This document shows positions 57,485-64,000 of a stretch of 64,000 bases of DNA, one piece after another (position 1 is the stretch's first letter; the number at the start of each line of letters is the position of its first letter). The stretch comes from Eledone cirrhosa. Lineage: Eukaryota. The notes under the pieces were generated by a model. That model searched no databases and had not been told where the DNA came from. It saw only the letters and a program-made list of their open reading frames with translations. The stretch is taken from contig OZ024744.1 of NCBI GenBank assembly GCA_964016885.1, positions 86,614,001 through 86,678,000 on the forward strand. Direction: 5' to 3'. The translations under genes and the position numbers were made by a program.

Positions 57485-57661
57485 TATATGTCTATATATA
57501 TATATATATATATATACACGTGTTTGTATACATAAACATATATATATATATATATATATAAATGTGATGAGAGGGCAAATTTGAAACGGAACGTTCAGTA
57601 TACATACAGGTTCATAACTGGACAGCGAAACCTAAGGTCACGCAGAAGTGTTAAATGTATG

Positions 57662-57773
<112 letters not shown>

Positions 57774-57873
57774 GAAAGTGACTGTGTGGCCGTCCCAGAA
57801 AAATCTACCATGCTTGATGCATTATACGCATCAAGAAGTTATATATCTATATATATATTTATGTATGTAAAAC

Positions 57874-57942
<69 letters not shown>

Positions 57943-58023
57943 GTAAACAGAAATAACAACACAATCGGTACAGTATATGAAAGGTATATATTATGTTAAC
58001 GCTTGAAATACCAGGAAGAGGGG

Positions 58024-58057
58024 CTTAACGTTTCGGACGCTAGTCCTTCGCCAGAAG
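58024..58057 (-). ncRNA. Ultra-minimal hammerhead, sister copy in repeat 57938-58145
   Basis: CTT-CTGGCGA-A-GGAC-TAGC-GTCC-GAAACGTT-AAG; AACGTT palindrome, A6G. Confidence 0.55.
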
Positions 58058-58402
58058 AAAGAATGAGAAATAAGATGGATTGAGGGGACGGGCGGGATGG
58101 AATTGGAAAAATGTCTTTAGAGAAAAATAACAGGTCCATTCATGTTGAGATCTCTACAGATAAAGTTAGGATGCGTTAGAAGATAGAAAAGTCATTGTTG
58201 GCAAACGGGATTGCTACTAGTAGAACTCTCCAGAAATAGCTTTTCGTTAAACGCACATTTTAAAACTTATAAACCAGGAAACAACACCCACGCACATATA
58301 CACGCACACATATTCGCTCACTCACGTTGAAACACATATACATAGGTACATACCTACATATATATATACATACATAAACACCTACATACATAAATATATA
58401 CA

Positions 58403-58436
<34 letters not shown>

Positions 58437-58519
58437 CGTACATAGATAAACGGATATATACATAAATAAATACATACATACATAAGTACATACATACGAT
58501 ATGGGACATACATATAATA

Positions 58520-58843
58520 TGGGACAGGGAGAAGAAAACATGCACAGTAGTGGAAATTAGCTGTCCAGCAGATGCCCATATAATATCAAAGATTAGTGAA
58601 AAGGAGAATATTTATGCAGAACTGATGAGAATTCTGCAGATACGCCACCCTGATTACACCTTCAGATTTATGCCTGTGATTATTGGGGCTCTGGGATATG
58701 TTAGTAGACTGCCTCAATACAAATCTTAAGAAGCTAGGCTTCACAGGTACAGAAAGAACACAACTAGTTAGGAAATTACAAGTACAATCCCTTAATTGAA
58801 CAGTAAAAATATGTAAAACATTCCAAAAATGTTGCATCGAATA
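58520..58843 (+). mobile_element. R4/Dong-like non-LTR retrotransposon 3' fragment (RLE domain C-terminus)
   Basis: WDREKKTCTVVEISCPAD...SEKENIYAELMRILQ....FMPVIIGALGYVS...LKKLG. Confidence 0.7.
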
Positions 58844-59069
58844 ACTGCATATACACATATACAGATGCAAAGCATATACACATGCACACATACAACTAAA
58901 AACATCCACATCCACACATACAATAACATCCATATCTACACATGCATTCATACATACATATCTACCTAGTTGATGTTGTGTAAATTCCAATGAGAGAGTA
59001 TTGTGTCTATGTTAGAAACCGACTCTCTCTCTCTTGGTAAAACTTTGTGAAATTATAAAACCAGAAGAA

Positions 59070-59472
59070 CATACATACATAGATTCGTACATACATACAT
59101 AAATACATACATACGTACATACATACATACATATATACATACATTCATACATACATACGTACATACGTACATACGTACATACGTACATACGTACATAATA
59201 CATACATACGTACATACATACATACATACATAGATACATACGTACTTACGTACATAGTTACATACATACATACATGCATACATACAAACGTATTTACGTA
59301 AATAGATACATACATATATACATACATATATACATATATACATACATATATACATACATATATACATAGATATATACATACATATATACATACATATATA
59401 CATACATATTTACATACATATATACATACATATATACACACATACATATATACATACATATATACATACATA
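59070..59472. repeat. (TACA)n / (TACATA)n satellite
   Basis: Directly visible. Confidence 0.9.
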
Positions 59473-59889
59473 GTAACAGTTCTGCGGTCATTCGTTAAAC
59501 CGTTAAACAACTCTAAACATCCTTTCCTTCTACTTTCACTTCTCCAATAGTCCGATTAATACGCATGTCCTGCCGGTTGTCTTTTCCTGATAACTTAATC
59601 CGAATTTACGAAACTCTACGTCCAGTTGGCTTTCGTTTGGACTCTTAACCTATTGAATCACGCATACAAAATGATGATGCTCATTGGTTAGTATGGCTTA
59701 GCTCGCTCATTGGGCAGTAGTAGTATTAGTTTAGGAAAGTTCAAGCTTTCGTGGGGGGAAGATTTTGCAAGAAGAGGGAAAGGCACTTGATGTGGGGGAG
59801 GGCAGGAGGGGTTGAATTGGTTTGGAGTTCTTAAACTCAAGGATTATGCCAAATAAAATCAAGAGCTTATATGCAAAAATCGCCAATCC

Positions 59890-59968
59890 ACCATCACCTC
59901 ATTATTATCATCATCAACGTCATCAGAATCATCATCACCATCATCATCAGCAGCAGCAGCATCATCAC

Positions 59969-60003
<35 letters not shown>

Positions 60004-61165
60004 CCATCATCATCATCAAAATCATCGTCTTCACTGTTGTGGTGGTCATTCTCTCCATCCTTAACACACCCACCACTACCACCACCACCACCACCACCAC
60101 CACCACCACCACTACCACACCACTACCACCACCACTACCACTACCACCACCACTACCACCACCACTACCACTACCACCACCACCACTACGACGACGACCA
60201 CCACCACCACCACCACCACCACCACGTACGACCACGACCATGACCACCACCATCACCACCACCCCAACAACAACAACAACAGCAGCACCTAACCCCTCCA
60301 CCACAAGCATCACCACCACCACCATCACCACTATAACTACGTCGTCGACATCATGATCATTATCCTAATCATCATTATCATCATCATCATCATCATCCTC
60401 TTTATAATCTTAGCTAAATTAGCTAGAACAATACTAACACGATGGCCGCATCAGTATTAAGTCGACTGAACACAAGAGCATCACCAGGTTTCACCACCAC
60501 CACCGCCACCACCACCACCACCATCACCACCACCACCACCACCACCACCACCACCACCACCACCACCATAACTACCTTCCGCCATTACCATCGTCCATTA
60601 CACCAACATATCGAGAAAAGCTATCGCCGCCACCGCCGCCATCACCACCACCACCACCACCATAACTACTCTCCGCGTTTGCCATCGTCCCTTACGCCAA
60701 CATATCGAGTAAAACACACCACCACCACCACCACCACCACACCACCACCACCACCTACGCTTAGTACCTCACCACCAACACCACACCCGCCGCCGCCGCC
60801 GCCACCACCACCACCACCACCACCACCACTACTCTCTGCGTTTGCCATCGTCCCTTACGCCAACATATCGAGTAAAACATACCACCACCACCACCACCAC
60901 CACCACCACCACCACCACCACTACCAACATATCTACAAATGCACATCACCACCACCACCACCACCACAACCGCCACCACCATCTTCACCACCGCCACCAC
61001 CACCACCGCCACCAACACCACCATCACCACCACCGCCGCCTCTACCGCTACCGCCACCACCACCACTACCATCTACCATTACCACACCATCCCTTACATC
61101 ATCAACATAACAACTGCACGACACCACCACCACCACCACCACCATCACCATCATCACCAACTCCA
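59890..61165. repeat. (CAT)n/(CCA)n field containing a ~50-bp unique unit repeated 2-3 times
   Basis: 'ctactctc.gcgtttgccatcgtcccttacgccaacatatcgagtaaaaca' at ~60667 and ~60829, degenerate at ~60572. Confidence 0.85.
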
Positions 61166-62221
61166 CCAACACTAACAAGAACGCTATCGTTTCTCCCTTA
61201 CAGGCTCTTGACAAGACTGCAACCTCTACTGCTGCCATTACAATAGACATGGTTATAGCGTCAGTAACACATCCTTTGTTGTTGCTGCTATAGATAATCA
61301 CAATCAGAGGCGCTACTACCAACCCGTTAGCACCACCTAAACACGATTCAGCGAGGTAGCGTCTTGGGAAGACGCCCAGCCCGCTAGAAATAGCGACCAA
61401 ATTCTACTATCTGTAAAAAAAAATAAGTGCTCATAGTGGATAATGTTTTGTTCCGATCCTCCGTGTACACTGGGGAAAAAAACTGAATGGTTAGGAATGT
61501 AGCGCTTTTGTTATAGACATTTTCTTGTTGGCTTGTTATGAGCGAAAAGAAAAACAAAAACGAGAACGACTTCCTGAAGAGGTAGCATCTATATAGAAAT
61601 AGCAGAAATAGGTAGAAATAGCAGCTAAATCTCCCACAAAGGCTTAGAAAAATAACAAGTCGAATCATAGGAAAAAAGGTCGAAATGCCAAATCAGGATA
61701 GACTTAGAATTAAACAATAAAATAAAAGTACTACCAACACCAATAGTTAAATCGATAAGCTCTGGTATATTTCTTCACCATTACGACCATCTATCCTCTA
61801 AAACTACGGAGATGAAATGGCAGAATCCGTAAAGTGAAGGACAATATACCTAGGATTATTTGTTACAACTCTTTATTTTCTGAGTTCCAATACAATCGAC
61901 ATCATCTTTGCCTTTCAGCCCTTATAGATCGGTAAAATAAAGCACTAGAACACGGTGGGGAGCTGCAAGAATTTTTAGAGTATCGGATAAGATAAGTTTA
62001 CGGTATTTGTCCTGGTAATGAATTCAAATACCACTATCGTCACCTTATACAGTAGACTTAATCTGTCACTAGATTTATCACTACCTATTGGCCCTTGGTT
62101 GCCTTTAGCAGTGTTCGCTGTTTGGGAAGTATTTGGGTTTGTGTTGAGATATTGTTAAAATGTGATACCAGGCACAAATGCCTATCTTTGATGAGTTAAT
62201 ATCTGTATACAGCAACTACAA

Positions 62222-62350
62222 CGGCACTCGATGAGGCCCACCCACAGCCCCGGCGGACAGAATGGAGAAGGCGTTTCCCCGGAGGACGGCAAGGGAGACG
62301 CGCTGGAAAAGCCACTCCAACTCGCGGGGCTCACACCTGCGGCTGGCCAG
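62222..62350 (-). mobile_element. CRE-like element extreme 3' fragment (copy 3)
   Basis: LASRRCEPRELEWLFQRVSLAVLRGNAFSIL matches copies 1 and 2. Confidence 0.85.
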
Positions 62351-62539
62351 ATTTGGGTTATATCTACAGTTTGAGGATACATACTTCCCTTTCTCCATCA
62401 CTGTCGCTGTCCTTAAGAAGTATCATAATCACTGCTCTTCCTTTCGAATAATCGATACATCAGAACTATAGAACGTTCACTGATCAAAAGAACTAATTTC
62501 AACCAAATCATTGTTGCTGGTGTTATCTATAATTTATCT

Positions 62540-62670
62540 ACAAGTTATTCTAATTTAGGGGTGAGAGAAAGTCGAAACTTTGACCTCGGTACTTGACTAG
62601 TACTTTATTTCATCGACCCCAAAAGGATAAAAGATTTGGTTGACATCGATGAAATTTAAACTCAGCACTT
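62540..62670 (-). mobile_element. Old degenerate SINE copy
   Basis: 'tactttattt.atcgaccccaaaaggataaaag...gaaatttaaactcag'. Confidence 0.6.
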
Positions 62671-64000
62671 AAAGAACCAGAAAATCTAAATTGACATATC
62701 CATTTCATAATAAGCTCAATCATCATCATCAGTAGTAACAGTATTAGCATAATTACCAGCATACGCAAACAACAATAACAGCCCCACTACTATCATCATC
62801 AACACCATATCTCAAGTTCCTCTGTCGCTGTACAAAATCTTACACTATTAAAAATAGGAGGCTTCTACATGTCTTGCAAACAATAGCACCCAAATCACAC
62901 ACGAATCGCGCAAAGACACATTTGCAAATGTTTTTTTTAGATAGACTTTAAGTAATTTAGCTTTCCAACAGTATAGTTTTTTCAACCTCTTATAAGACAT
63001 TGAAATCCTCTATATGTCGGTATCTCAGCCTAGGTAATTGACTTTTGATGATGGATAATATCCCCGAAATACATGTATACTGAACTTCTACACATATACC
63101 AAGATATCTGTGATATGATCACAGCTTAAAATACTCACATCAAGATTTGGTGTATATGTAACAAGTATACATTATATGAATATATATAAGCACTTTTATT
63201 CATAGACACAGTGCCTGGAAATGTGGATAGTCATAAGTGGAAGGTGTCTAGCTATAGGCTTCATCGTTCAGAGCCAATTTGCTCTAAACAAAAGTAGCTA
63301 TTACTGCTACATTTAATTCTCCTGTTAGAAAAAGCAGCTAAATCTCATGTAAATCATTATATGTTAACTTTAATAGAAGGGAGAATATATATGTATCCAC
63401 AATAATGGTGGCCAGGAAACGAATGCCTTAATTCTTGGAATGCTTTTAATTATAATCTGTTCAATCAACGCTGACCTGGTGCTAAACAGCAAAAATAATT
63501 ACGGTTTTGAAATAACAAAAGATCCTCTGTATGATCACCCAGTTTGCTATAAATAACGGCTAAATATCCTTCAAATCAAACCGACTTTTTTTTAGCAAAG
63601 CGCGCACTGGGTAATATTGTCGGATTAGTTTTGTGTGACGAACTTTATCTTTTATTTATTTATTTATTTATTTATTTGTTTACGTATTTCTTTACAGATG
63701 TAGTTTTTGCATGCTGGCTGGGGAAACCACAACCGTTTAGTGGAGAGATCCATAATAAGAATAGTTACAGCTCTTTGAATATTACAGTTGAAAGCAATAT
63801 TAGCCAATCAAAGCGAAATATTCTCTTCGCCTTCTTAAGAAAAAAATATAGTGTAATACACTTAAAGTTAAAGTTAAAATATGTCTCAAGACTGGAAGTT
63901 GATCAGATCAGATCTTGATCTTGTTTCATTGGTGATATCCGACTGAGAGTACAACTGCCCCCGAACAGGACCCATATCCACTACAGGATAGCGTCTTAAC

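Noticed and set aside
61180-61411. Minus-strand exon after a strong 'tttttttttacAG' acceptor
   Set aside because: Frames from the main acceptor hit early stops; no convincing donor or homology

Overview
Repeat-saturated, AT-rich eukaryotic (metazoan) DNA with no recognisable intact host protein-coding gene. The mix of (TA)n/(CA)n/(CAT)n/(CCA)n microsatellites and a very abundant ~190-230 bp tRNA-headed SINE fits a coleoid cephalopod (Octopus-like) intergenic or intronic region; this taxon call is inference. Most long ORFs in the supplied track are artefacts of simple repeats. The genuine coding remnants are all transposon-derived: a frameshifted Tx1/L1-clade LINE, three copies of one CRE-like RT+RLE element, CR1-like, RTE-like and R4/Dong-like fragments, two Penelope-like fragments (GIY-YIG and RT) and two mariner remnants. 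Non-autonomous elements include a Helitron, a piggyBac-type MITE and a second TIR MITE. The most interesting signal lies in the short 'unique' islands between (TA)n tracts. These carry about 18 type-I hammerhead-ribozyme motifs, roughly 12 well formed, from at least five sequence families and on both strands. Many have a minimal palindromic stem III, several sit inside inverted repeats, and some share core variants. This points to a diverse population of Penelope-associated or retrozyme-like self-cleaving RNA elements favouring (TA)n. All structures were read by eye; none has been computed or tested.
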